IMG/VR virus record: IMGVR_UViG_3300035130_000164
Span: 1 to 45,450 of that record
Source of the DNA: a virus
Lineage: Duplodnaviria; Caudoviricetes
Length of the DNA: 45,450 nucleotides
Reading direction: 5' to 3' (one strand)
Both the position numbers and the translations under genes were made by a program. Below, piece by piece: positions 36,213 through 44,889 of the stretch. Within the stretch, counting starts at the first letter, position 1. Each line of letters starts with the position of its first letter. The notes below the pieces were generated by a model. It did no database searches. It was not told the origin of the DNA and was given only the letters and a program-made list of their open reading frames with translations.

Positions 36213-36716
36213 TTACTTCCCATGCTCTTTATCCCAGTCTTCTGACTCTTTGTGAAGATCAGCCATGGTTAATGGAGCATTAAAACTATGCACCTCGTGC
36301 TTATCACGCCATTTATCTGGCCTTCTATTTTTCAACCAAAAGCACATTGCTCCAACTTCCGGTGGATAATATTCATTATATTCCTTTGTAATTATTTTAC
36401 CTTGATATTGAAATATCTTTATTGCCTTTTTCTCAAAACCTATAGCCCTATTAAATAAAGCATTCTCTACTCTATCATCCGGTTCCTCTTTTCCCTTTTT
36501 TAGGGCACCAGAAAAAGATTTATACTTTGCTTTCCATGTAGTAATGGTGGACTCACTTATACCAAATTCCTTAGCTATCTCACTATCGATATATCCCAAC
36601 CTGGCTAAAGCGCTCCCCCATTTATCATGATATTTGCTATTATATTTAGTTGGTCTTCCTCTTTTTTTTATCTGATTTTTAACTTGGTTTTTATTTACGT
36701 TTTGTGATCCTGCCAT
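36213..36716 (-). CDS. terS: terminase small subunit
   Basis: RGRPTKY, HTH, VENALFNRAIG, FWLKNRRPDKWRDK; start MAGSQ after GAGGAGG. Confidence 0.88.
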   Translation of the reverse strand: MAGSQNVNKNQVKNQIKKRGRPTKYNSKYHDKWGSALARLGYIDSEIAKEFGISESTITTWKAKYKSFSGALKKGKEEPDDRVENALFNRAIGFEKKAIKIFQYQGKIITKEYNEYYPPEVGAMCFWLKNRRPDKWRDKHEVHSFNAPLTMADLHKESEDWDKEHGK

Positions 36717-36748
36717 AAAAAGGGCCTCCTCGTTTATACCCTGTTTCA

Positions 36749-36777
36749 ATAATATACCAAATCAGCTCATCAGTCAA
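36749..36777 (-). promoter_or_regulatory. sigma70-type promoter TTGACT-N17-TATTAT for packaging genes
   Basis: Consensus spacing upstream of terS. Confidence 0.55.
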
Positions 36778-36780
36778 GTT

Positions 36781-37200
36781 TTACTTCTCAAATTCTGTTG
36801 TAAATAACCTTACTCTAAGATTATCATTCTCTCCCTTTTTATGATATTTTCTGAAAATGACTATATGTCTTATTTGTCGGTCATTTTTTATTATCCCGGC
36901 CGTTTCCAAAGCATCCCCGATAGGTTTCTCCATATTACCGGTATCAGCAACTTTCCACCTAGACACATCAATTACCATATCCACATATTGGGTAATAATT
37001 TCTTTTTTTATTTGCTTCATAGCGGCAACTAAATTCTTAACCAGATTTTTATATTCTGTTGTAGCATACATAAAGGCCATTAATCGACCATCTGATTTTC
37101 TTTTTATAGCCCTTGCAGCTAAATACCTGTTAAATGAAACTAATTTACCGATCCAGGAGAAATCAAATATCTTTATTGAATTTTCAAAATCTATTTTCAT
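36781..37200 (-). CDS. rusA: RusA-like Holliday junction resolvase
   Basis: DTGNMEKPIGDALETAGIIKNDRQI matches RusA D-x2-N-x2-K-x3-D...D-x-QI. Confidence 0.8.
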   Translation of the reverse strand: MKIDFENSIKIFDFSWIGKLVSFNRYLAARAIKRKSDGRLMAFMYATTEYKNLVKNLVAAMKQIKKEIITQYVDMVIDVSRWKVADTGNMEKPIGDALETAGIIKNDRQIRHIVIFRKYHKKGENDNLRVRLFTTEFEK

Positions 37201-37868
37201 CCTTTAAACAGCCTCTTTATATTTTTCTTCAGATGGACCTTATACCCTTTCCCGTGCAGTATAGCTATGAAAGCATGTAATTTATCCGAATCTGGTTCGG
37301 TGAGATTATTACCCCCCGAATCAGCACCTATATTTATTTGACCAGGGTGTATATCATCAATCATCCTTACAAATTCTTTCACATCAAAATCCATTATTGG
37401 CTCAATAGTTATCATTTTTCCAATAACCTCGGATATTTCTGCCATTTCATACGCTCTTTCATATGTAAATGGAGAATAGCCCATTTCTTTATATTGCCTG
37501 TTTGATTCCAATGTCACACATAAAATAAAGTTTTCTGGAAAATAAGCAGCAAACTCTTTAAACCTGCCTGGATTCTTTGATTGAAATAAATAATTATTAT
37601 GAGAATACTTTTGACAATGTTTTAATGTCCTTTTAATCCATTCATCCGGTATATTTGATGCAAACATATCAATACTACTGCCAACAAAAATTCTATTACC
37701 ACTTCCCAAATCAGTTTTAAACTCGCTTTCATCCAGTCTCGGAGGTTTTTGTTTCCCCCATTTTTTCATATAACAGTAGGTACATCCGTGCGGACACTCA
37801 CCTTTTATAATATTCCAGGTGTGAGTCACAAAATCATACATATTGCCTTTTTGTTTGTTCAATCCCAT
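37197..37868 (-). CDS. DUF5131 (Gp37/Gp68)-like radical-SAM-related protein
   Basis: TWNIIKGECPHGCTYCY, IFVGSSIDMF, FQSKNP, TIEP. Confidence 0.75.
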   Translation of the reverse strand: MGLNKQKGNMYDFVTHTWNIIKGECPHGCTYCYMKKWGKQKPPRLDESEFKTDLGSGNRIFVGSSIDMFASNIPDEWIKRTLKHCQKYSHNNYLFQSKNPGRFKEFAAYFPENFILCVTLESNRQYKEMGYSPFTYERAYEMAEISEVIGKMITIEPIMDFDVKEFVRMIDDIHPGQINIGADSGGNNLTEPDSDKLHAFIAILHGKGYKVHLKKNIKRLFKG

Positions 37869-37871
37869 TAG

Positions 37872-38066
37872 CTATTTCTCATATTCAATAATCCAGTTGC
37901 TTGCATCCATCTCGTCCTGGCTTAAATGGAAAGGTGCCTTTAATGCAAACGGATAAGTAAACCTACCTTTTTTAGTCTTAAAATCAGTTCCGTAATACTG
38001 TATTTTGTCTTTACCGTTAGTTAATAATTCCCCGGGTCTTAATTCCTTCCCTTTACTGTCCTTCAC
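37872..38066 (-). CDS. hypothetical protein
   Basis: GAGGAG RBS, operon position. Confidence 0.45.
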   Translation of the reverse strand: MKDSKGKELRPGELLTNGKDKIQYYGTDFKTKKGRFTYPFALKAPFHLSQDEMDASNWIIEYEK

Positions 38067-38409
38067 TTTTCTCCTCCTCTTGATTCTTAAGCTCTTTGAT
38101 AATTTCCTTTACCTCTTTTTTCTTTTTGAATTCCTCAATAATATTTTGTACTGTAGCAAGGGCTTCTTCCTTTAACCCATGCACTTCTAAAACCTTTTCA
38201 TAACACAATACATTCCTAAACATGCATATTACTGCATTTTTACCTTTTCCTACCATCTCTTTAATTTCAGCATCGGTCAACCTTATTTCCTTCCTGGTTT
38301 TATACGACGCAGCACGCTCTATTAAATCAATAATATCGAGAAAATACGTACTCATGTTCTTTATATTCTCTACAAGGGTTTGCTTATCTTCTTTTGATAA
38401 TTCCATCAT
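38053..38409 (-). CDS. hypothetical protein
   Basis: Coupled ORF. Confidence 0.5.
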   Translation of the reverse strand: MMELSKEDKQTLVENIKNMSTYFLDIIDLIERAASYKTRKEIRLTDAEIKEMVGKGKNAVICMFRNVLCYEKVLEVHGLKEEALATVQNIIEEFKKKKEVKEIIKELKNQEEEKSEGQ

Positions 38410-38759
38410 TTCCTCTCTTTCTTCACAACCTTCATAAGTTCATCTTTCATAGCTTTTTCAATTATCTCTTGCAAACTATTTATTCCATATACATTTACTT
38501 TATTTATTATCTCTTTTATATGCCCAGCCGCCAGGTACACTGGTTTCCCATATTCAATATATCTGTTTAACTCAAATTTACACTTAGTGATTGCAACTAC
38601 AGATATTATAGATATAATCCCAGTTGCTATTACAATCCACATCCAGATAACTGAATCAGTACCAATAAAAACAAAGTTACATCCGAAACAAAACAGACAC
38701 ACCGATAAAGCAAAAATAACCGATGAAATTACTATTCCTGTTGTCAGTCCGTATCTCAT
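38406..38759 (-). CDS. 2-TM membrane protein
   Basis: Two N-terminal hydrophobic segments. Confidence 0.5.
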   Translation of the reverse strand: MRYGLTTGIVISSVIFALSVCLFCFGCNFVFIGTDSVIWMWIVIATGIISIISVVAITKCKFELNRYIEYGKPVYLAAGHIKEIINKVNVYGINSLQEIIEKAMKDELMKVVKKERK

Positions 38760-38920
38760 TTTCTTTTCCTTTCTTCATACTCAAAATAGTAATCTCTCCT
38801 TTTTTTCTGTGCTATACAATACACGACAAAAAAACAGAGAAAACATATTATACACACAAGCAATATGACTCCTTCAATTGTCCAGGCTATTTGATCCATA
38901 TCACTTCCTTTCACGGCAAT

Positions 38921-39691
38921 CTATTCAAATAATACTTGTTGATCTGGTTGATATTTTCTTTTACCATCAATCCACCACTGAAAAAGCTGTTCACCAGTCT
39001 CCCATTTTTGAAATGGTTTGTTCTCAGCTTTCCTCTTATCAACAAGTTTTTGAAAATAAATAATGAATAATTTTACGTAAGCTGGGTATCTTTCAACTTC
39101 CCGTAACCTGTTTTTCCTGGATGCAGCCGGGCAGAAAAGACAGCCTATTCGCTCCCATCCTTGATTATACAATGAACAGTAAGTCAAATTGTATTTTTCT
39201 ATAAATTCCCAAACATCTCTGGAAGTCCAATTGATGATAGGATTGATATATATTTTTGATTTATTACGAAAACAAAATTCGACTGCTTTCCTGTTTGCTC
39301 TTTTTGCACTTTCTTCTCTTCTGACTCCCGTGATAATCCTCCCGGTCCCGCCATTTTCCTTATATAACTCACAACACCACCTTTGTTGTCGTAGAGGGGG
39401 GAATCCCTTTTCCATCATTTTAACAAGTAGAGGTTTTTCAGGATGATTCCAAGCCACATCTGAGTATTCTTTTCTGATGAATGAAATAAGTTCAGGTGGA
39501 TCTATCGTTGTTACATTATAATAGGCATGATATTTTACACCTGCCATGTCTGCAAGTCTCTTGATTACAATTGAGTCCTTTCCGCCCGAAAAAGCAAGAC
39601 AATAACCATCACCTGTTTCATTGTCCTTGAGAAATTGTATTGCTTCTTTTTCAAGATCAATTTTTTCAAAAAAAGTTATTTCTTGCAACAT
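38921..39691 (-). CDS. PAPS reductase family protein
   Basis: AFSGGKDS PP-loop, RWCC, GVRREES..R, PIINW, RIGCLFCP. Confidence 0.88.
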   Translation of the reverse strand: MLQEITFFEKIDLEKEAIQFLKDNETGDGYCLAFSGGKDSIVIKRLADMAGVKYHAYYNVTTIDPPELISFIRKEYSDVAWNHPEKPLLVKMMEKGFPPLRQQRWCCELYKENGGTGRIITGVRREESAKRANRKAVEFCFRNKSKIYINPIINWTSRDVWEFIEKYNLTYCSLYNQGWERIGCLFCPAASRKNRLREVERYPAYVKLFIIYFQKLVDKRKAENKPFQKWETGEQLFQWWIDGKRKYQPDQQVLFE

Positions 39692-39795
39692 GGACTCTCC
39701 TTTCTATAATTACTAAACTTTTCGTCTTTTGTCAAGGTTTAATTCAAAACAACTCTTCTTGTCTCATTTCTTTTACATGAACAAATCCGCAAGCA

Positions 39796-40170
39796 TTACA
39801 GATTATCTGTGTTACTTGATTTACTTCTGAGATTTTTTTTCATCTCTTGCCACATTTCGCCTATCTCTCCAGAGAAATCCTCTTCATCTTTGACAGGCTC
39901 TATTTGTTTTTTATACTCTTCTGGTATTTGTCTTATTTCGTTTATATATTTTATCAATTGATATTTTTTTTCTGTTTCATTAAAAATAGCAATGTCTGGT
40001 TGTGTTTTCCATTTTATTGAAAAGTGTTTTTTTACATTAAATAATAGTTGATCAAGTTCACTTTCATAGTACATAGATTTCACATATTCATATACATCAT
40101 GTCTGACTGTTTCATTTTCATATACTCCATAATATTTTTGAATCTGTATAATAAATTCTTTATATGTCAT
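39796..40170 (-). CDS. hypothetical protein (replication module)
   Basis: Coupled to initiator; QPDIA motif as in loader-type proteins. Confidence 0.5.
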   Translation of the reverse strand: MTYKEFIIQIQKYYGVYENETVRHDVYEYVKSMYYESELDQLLFNVKKHFSIKWKTQPDIAIFNETEKKYQLIKYINEIRQIPEEYKKQIEPVKDEEDFSGEIGEMWQEMKKNLRSKSSNTDNL

Positions 40171-41054
40171 TCTATCCCTTTCAAATAATCTTCTTCGGTC
40201 GGTTTTTTACGTTTTTTTATCTCCTCAAGAAACATTGTCCATATCCTTTCGCTGTTCAAAGTGGATGGGAAAAAAGCTTGATCTTTCCAGAAAGCATTCC
40301 CGTGTTTTTTCAAATACCAGAAAAATGAAATAACTTTGTTGGAAAATCCTTTTAAAGATTCACAGGGAGCTCTCTCTTTATATATCTTTTCTATTCGTTT
40401 GGCTAATTCTTTTACATGGGTTCTTTGCTTTCCCCAATTATCATAATCCTGTTTTTCTCTGAAAAGAGATTCTATAAATATCCATAAATCTTCCTCATTA
40501 GATATTTTAGCAACCTGTTTTTGTTGTGTAAGCGATTCTAACGAATCGCAATTCTTCTTTACTTTAGTTTCCTTTCCTTTCCTTTCCTTTCCTTTAGCAA
40601 TTTTTTTTTGCAACATGTTGTCAATATGTTTACATGATGTATACAATATGTTTACATCAAAATCGGGCAAATTTTCCACTTTTTCTTGTATTTTTTCCAA
40701 ATTTATGCCATTTGACCGTCTGGAATACACCTTTTCAAGGCTATCTATGAAGTCTTTACATACAATAGCACCTTTGCGCTCAAACAAATCTTTATCTAGT
40801 TTACATGTTGCACACATGATGTATACAACATGTATACATATTGATTCATCACCTCCCATGTATTGAATGAATCTTTCCCGGTCGTATTCATCTTGCATAG
40901 ATATCCAGTGTTCCGGTACCTGTGAAAGGTACCGTAAAAGCTGGGTAAAATATCCTATTCCTGCAATTCCATAATGTTTCTGGAGTGCAAATATTGTTTT
41001 TCCGTCTTTTACGAAAAAAGGAAAGTACTCAACTGTATTCTTTTCACGTCCCAT
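40167..41054 (-). CDS. putative replication initiator (DUF4373/Lin1244-like N-terminus)
   Basis: VEYFPF...YGIAGIGYF..LL, YSRR, KGKERKGKE linker. Confidence 0.7.
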   Translation of the reverse strand: MGREKNTVEYFPFFVKDGKTIFALQKHYGIAGIGYFTQLLRYLSQVPEHWISMQDEYDRERFIQYMGGDESICIHVVYIMCATCKLDKDLFERKGAIVCKDFIDSLEKVYSRRSNGINLEKIQEKVENLPDFDVNILYTSCKHIDNMLQKKIAKGKERKGKETKVKKNCDSLESLTQQKQVAKISNEEDLWIFIESLFREKQDYDNWGKQRTHVKELAKRIEKIYKERAPCESLKGFSNKVISFFWYLKKHGNAFWKDQAFFPSTLNSERIWTMFLEEIKKRKKPTEEDYLKGIE

Positions 41055-41131
41055 ACAATTCCTTTCATTATTTCAACCGGAATCCATAGTCCGGTATAAT
41101 CATCTTTCATTAATCACTCCCATAAAAAGGC

Positions 41132-41425
41132 TTAACCCGGTTTATTATACTCCTCTTCTATTAATCTCATAATTTCAAGTTCAGCAGTCTTAGGCGGGCA
41201 AATTACTTGTTTATAAGTAGCCTTCATACGATTCCACATTTTTTTATATTTATCCTTTGGTGACTTATTCCATGCTTCGATCGCACGCTTTCCTACAACC
41301 CAATCTTGAATTGAACATAATCCACTCACAACAAAATAACAGTCTGTTTTATGTTCCATTCTCAAATCACCTGTACCATCGTACACTGTTGGAATTACTC
41401 CACAAAATGGACATTTTTTGTTCAT
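41132..41425 (-). CDS. Lar-like zinc-binding protein
   Basis: KCPFCG...H..DC...AIEAWN. Confidence 0.55.
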   Translation of the reverse strand: MNKKCPFCGVIPTVYDGTGDLRMEHKTDCYFVVSGLCSIQDWVVGKRAIEAWNKSPKDKYKKMWNRMKATYKQVICPPKTAELEIMRLIEEEYNKPG

Positions 41426-41436
41426 ATAACCTCCAT

Positions 41437-41569
41437 AAAAAAAGCGGTTGAATCAACCAGGGTTGCACCCGGAATGAATCCGGCCTGGTTGACTCAACCG
41501 CTTGGTTAAGTCTGCATACCCGGTGCAACACGGTATAGTTATATTACTATATCTAATTTTATTTGTCAA
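41437..41569 (-). promoter_or_regulatory. promoter (TTGACA-N17-TAATAT) plus structured terminator leader L1
   Basis: 20-bp stem with one mismatch, T-run, then GGAGG RBS; 5' GTTGCACC complementary to loop GGTGCAAC. Confidence 0.65.
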
Positions 41570-41570
41570 G

Positions 41571-41771
41571 CTAATTAAAAAACTCATCAGGGATTGAATA
41601 TCCAGGAACAAATATTTTTGCCTTATACGGTTCTATATCAGTTGCCTGCCCTTCTTTGCCCTTAAGCGCATATGGGTGCCACTGTAACCCATCTGTTGTC
41701 CATATATCATTATCATTCAAATCGTCATATAGTTTCTCTACCATAATCATTCCCATATTATTTCCTTTCAA
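41571..41771 (-). CDS. hypothetical protein
   Basis: Short ORF between leaders L2 and L1. Confidence 0.4.
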   Translation of the reverse strand: MKGNNMGMIMVEKLYDDLNDNDIWTTDGLQWHPYALKGKEGQATDIEPYKAKIFVPGYSIPDEFFN

Positions 41772-41834
41772 AGTATTATAATTCCAAGTTGGATAATACG
41801 TTTAATCTTTATCACCTCCGTGTTTTCCTTTCAA

Positions 41835-41946
41835 TAAAAAAGGCAATCATCCGGGGTGCCTCGGCAGGAGAACATCCCCGGAAAATTGCCTTTCATTTTA
41901 ATCCTGCCGATACGTAATATTATACATATATCCTCGTGAAAGTCAA
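41835..41946 (-). promoter_or_regulatory. promoter (TTGACT-N16-TATAAT) plus structured terminator leader L2
   Basis: AAAGGCAAT..CCGGGG/CCCCGG..ATTGCCTTT stem, T-run; 5' TCGGCAGGA complementary to loop TCCTGCCGA. Confidence 0.65.
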
Positions 41947-41949
41947 GAA

Positions 41950-42177
41950 TTAATTCTGTTTTTCATAAAAAATATGTTTTTGTGTATAGTAATATCCCTC
42001 ACACCCTTCATCATAATTGCACGTATAACATAGATCGCATTTCTTATTCTTTCCTTCTAAACATAACCGTAAATCCTGAATATTGTCATGTAAAATAAGT
42101 GCTATTTCTACAGGTATCATTTTATCACCATTACAAATAGATTTTGTGACAGCTTCCATGGCATCATCAATATTCAT
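41950..42177 (-). CDS. small Cys-rich hypothetical protein
   Basis: CDLCYTC...C. Confidence 0.4.
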   Translation of the reverse strand: MNIDDAMEAVTKSICNGDKMIPVEIALILHDNIQDLRLCLEGKNKKCDLCYTCNYDEGCEGYYYTQKHIFYEKQN

Positions 42178-42339
42178 TTATTTATTCCCTCTATTGCAGA
42201 ATTATTCTCACATGTTGAATAACCCATCCAATTCCGAGTGTTAAGATAATACCTATCAATAATCCAATCACTATAAAAAAAACTACAATAGGCCAGAATT
42301 TTATCCCGCTAAACATATTATCCCCTTTCCCTGTTCAAT

Positions 42340-42371
42340 AAAAAAGGATTAGTGAGTGTCTGCCGGGCAGC
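42340..42371. repeat. 32-bp direct repeat (copy at 43446-43477)
   Basis: aaaaaaggattagtgagtgtctgccgggcagc identical in both places. Confidence 0.85.
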
Positions 42372-42377
42372 CATTCC

Positions 42378-42779
42378 TTATTTTCGAATATTTCCTATTA
42401 TACTAAAATCAGCCCCACCAAAATTAAGTTCAGAAAATGGAGTTAAATATTCACTATCTCCTACATATCCTGTGAATGCTTCCCATTCTTTATTTTTTAT
42501 CCCTTTCAATTGAAAAGACATATTTTCTTCACTATAAACAATCTCACCTGTTAATTCAGATGAACATTCATTTCCATCAAACCACCATACTGTGAATTTG
42601 ACAATGTCCCCTTCATAAATTTCTTTTCCATACTTATCTTTAAGTTCTGTGTATTGTTCAATAATATATCTACTGCAATTTACTCTTTTTACAAAAATGT
42701 TGAAAGTTTTTTCTCCGAAACCGCTATAAGTATATTTTTTTAATAGAGTATCCCATGCCCTAAACTTAATTTCTCTCAT
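42378..42779 (-). CDS. yopX: YopX family protein
   Basis: MREIKFRAWD, QYTELKDKYGKEIYEGDIV, IIGNI. Confidence 0.9.
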   Translation of the reverse strand: MREIKFRAWDTLLKKYTYSGFGEKTFNIFVKRVNCSRYIIEQYTELKDKYGKEIYEGDIVKFTVWWFDGNECSSELTGEIVYSEENMSFQLKGIKNKEWEAFTGYVGDSEYLTPFSELNFGGADFSIIGNIRK

Positions 42780-42784
42780 AATAT

Positions 42785-42997
42785 TTATTCCCCCAATTTA
42801 TTATATTTTTTCTGTAAAGCTTTTTTCTTTGTTTCATATTTTTCCATTCTCTCTGTCAGCATAGTAATGATATAATTCCTTTCAAAACATTCCGACGTTT
42901 CGCATATTAACCAACCAAGACACACCTTAATAAAATTTTGTTCCTGGTCAATTATAGCGTCTGATAATTCCTCTAAGGTCTTTTCATCAATTTCCAT
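42785..42997 (-). CDS. hypothetical protein
   Basis: AAGGAG RBS. Confidence 0.45.
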   Translation of the reverse strand: MEIDEKTLEELSDAIIDQEQNFIKVCLGWLICETSECFERNYIITMLTERMEKYETKKKALQKKYNKLGE

Positions 42998-43062
42998 TAT
43001 TTACTCCTTCTATTTCAAAATTATTCTTACATTTTGAATGTTTTTGGTTTCAATTCCGAGCG

Positions 43063-43383
43063 TTAAGAAACAATTCCTCCCAGGTACCCGGACAAAACAT
43101 GCAGGGTGCTATTTAAGTCACAGTTTTCTTTCCTGCTCATAAGGGTGAGGAAATCCCCTTCTTCCCTGCAATGAATGCAGAAATATTTCCCAGTTGAATT
43201 ATTTATCACAAATGCCTGATGGCCGCTACAGTAAGGACAGTCACCGGTGAATGTGCTTTTTATGCTTTGTTCCAGGTTCATTTTGAGAAAATAGTGACAG
43301 TATTCAATAATGTTTGTCCGCCTACAGATTTCATCCAGCAACAGGGCCCGCATGTAGGGGGTGAGGGATATTGTGTCTTTCAT
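43063..43383 (-). CDS. stand-alone CHC2-type (primase-like) zinc finger protein
   Basis: GDCPYC...F.IN....YFCIHC.EEGD; GGAGGTG RBS. Confidence 0.75.
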   Translation of the reverse strand: MKDTISLTPYMRALLLDEICRRTNIIEYCHYFLKMNLEQSIKSTFTGDCPYCSGHQAFVINNSTGKYFCIHCREEGDFLTLMSRKENCDLNSTLHVLSGYLGGIVS

Positions 43384-43444
43384 ACGTCACCTCCCTGGAC
43401 TTGTTGTGCAAGCTGATAAGTTTGTAAGTCTATCATGTTTCTAT

Positions 43445-43540
43445 AAAAAAAGGATTAGTGAGTGTCTGCCGGGCAGCAGGGGTACACGGAAACCCTTTAC
43501 ACTCACTAATCCTTTTACCTCCGTGTTTTATTTGCCCTAT
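43445..43540 (-). promoter_or_regulatory. structured terminator leader L3
   Basis: Perfect 18-bp stem AAAAGGATTAGTGAGTGT/ACACTCACTAATCCTTTT with T-run; upstream GGGCA and ACACGGA complementary to loop TGCCC and TCCGTGT. Confidence 0.6.
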
Positions 43541-43711
43541 CTATATAATACACATTTACTATTATTATTTCACGGGTAACCTACCCTTGTTACAGCAACA
43601 TTTTGAACAAGCTTTTTGCTTTCTTCATTGGTAATCTTTCTTATCCAACTACTATTGCAAGATGGACAAGAAGAAAATTCATCGGTAAATAAAGATTTGC
43701 ATTTTAAACAC

Positions 43712-44617
43712 TTATTCACTTATCAATTCCCCCTGTTCTGGTTTTTGTTCGTTCTCATATACTCTCATAGCAAGATTAATCTTATACTTTAACCAGGGAT
43801 ACAAACGCTTAAAAGCTTTCCACCCTTTACCATGAATTATTCCCCGGTGTATCTCCGTGCTTAGATGCAGCCAATTACGGGGATGGTCCTTCTCCGGTTC
43901 TTCATTTCCTCCCATGCCCACATGGAGAATGTGTGCTATTTCTCCCTCACCCCCTAACCAGATCCCACTTGCCTCACATACCGGGACCTTCGCTTTGTAT
44001 TCATCTTTCGTACAGGGTTCCTCAGAATGCAACACAATCCCTATTTTAGCAATCCATTTTTGAAACTCGATCCATTCTGACTTTGTATAAGTCTGTATTT
44101 CTTCCGGAAGTCCATACTCAGCTACCCGGTTTATTATACGTGTTATCCATACAGCCATCTCACGCTCAGAAAAATGCGATGAAGTTTTCCATATCTGAAT
44201 CCGTTTATATTCTCCTTCATCTTCCAATATGTGAGTATGCCGGAACTTTCGTTTATACATATTCAAGAAATCAGCTTTGATTAAAATCTCCTCTTTGGGG
44301 CAATACAATCTTAAATCATCCTCATATATCCCCCAGCCTGAAAATTCATGCTTTGCAGATCCGGCCAGACCAGCGTTCAAGGCCTTTGCTTCTATATCAT
44401 ACCATCTATGCATCAATGCATTTTGTTTGAGATTACGCTTGTTTATATCAGGATTAGCTATAAAGGGAAAATCAAATTCATCTCCCTTTTTCTCAAACAT
44501 TTTTTTAAGAAAAACTCTCAATAATTCCTGGTACTCAGGGTCAACATTAATTGTGATCTCCCCTATATTACCAGTCTGTTTTTTCTTCTTGTATTTTCCC
44601 TGGATTAAAAAACTCAT
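43712..44617 (-). CDS. NinB-like protein fused to C-terminal HNH-like domain
   Basis: RNLKQNALMHRW and TSSHFSEREMAVWITRI (NinB-like); CEASG...AHI...GMGG...NWLHL...H...H. Confidence 0.55.
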   Translation of the reverse strand: MSFLIQGKYKKKKQTGNIGEITINVDPEYQELLRVFLKKMFEKKGDEFDFPFIANPDINKRNLKQNALMHRWYDIEAKALNAGLAGSAKHEFSGWGIYEDDLRLYCPKEEILIKADFLNMYKRKFRHTHILEDEGEYKRIQIWKTSSHFSEREMAVWITRIINRVAEYGLPEEIQTYTKSEWIEFQKWIAKIGIVLHSEEPCTKDEYKAKVPVCEASGIWLGGEGEIAHILHVGMGGNEEPEKDHPRNWLHLSTEIHRGIIHGKGWKAFKRLYPWLKYKINLAMRVYENEQKPEQGELISE

Positions 44618-44787
44618 ACAATAATCCCTCTTTTTTCTGCAATAGATCTGATTTCTATGTCAGTATCCAAATATTTTTCGATAGATTGTTTTATTACCTC
44701 TATATTTTTTTTTGTATAGCAGACACAATCCCTTTTTCTTACTTCGCCTGAATATCCATCTATCTCATCATATATTACTTGATACAT
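44614..44787 (-). CDS. small hypothetical protein (57 aa)
   Basis: AAGGAG RBS, ATGA coupling to next gene; below track cutoff. Confidence 0.45.
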   Translation of the reverse strand: MYQVIYDEIDGYSGEVRKRDCVCYTKKNIEVIKQSIEKYLDTDIEIRSIAEKRGIIV

Positions 44788-44889
44788 AATATACTCCTTT
44801 CATGCCCTAATTTCCCATGACTCCAGGGCACACTTGGTTTTTTCAGTCAACATTATAGGTATATTCATACTTCATACACTCCTTTGACA

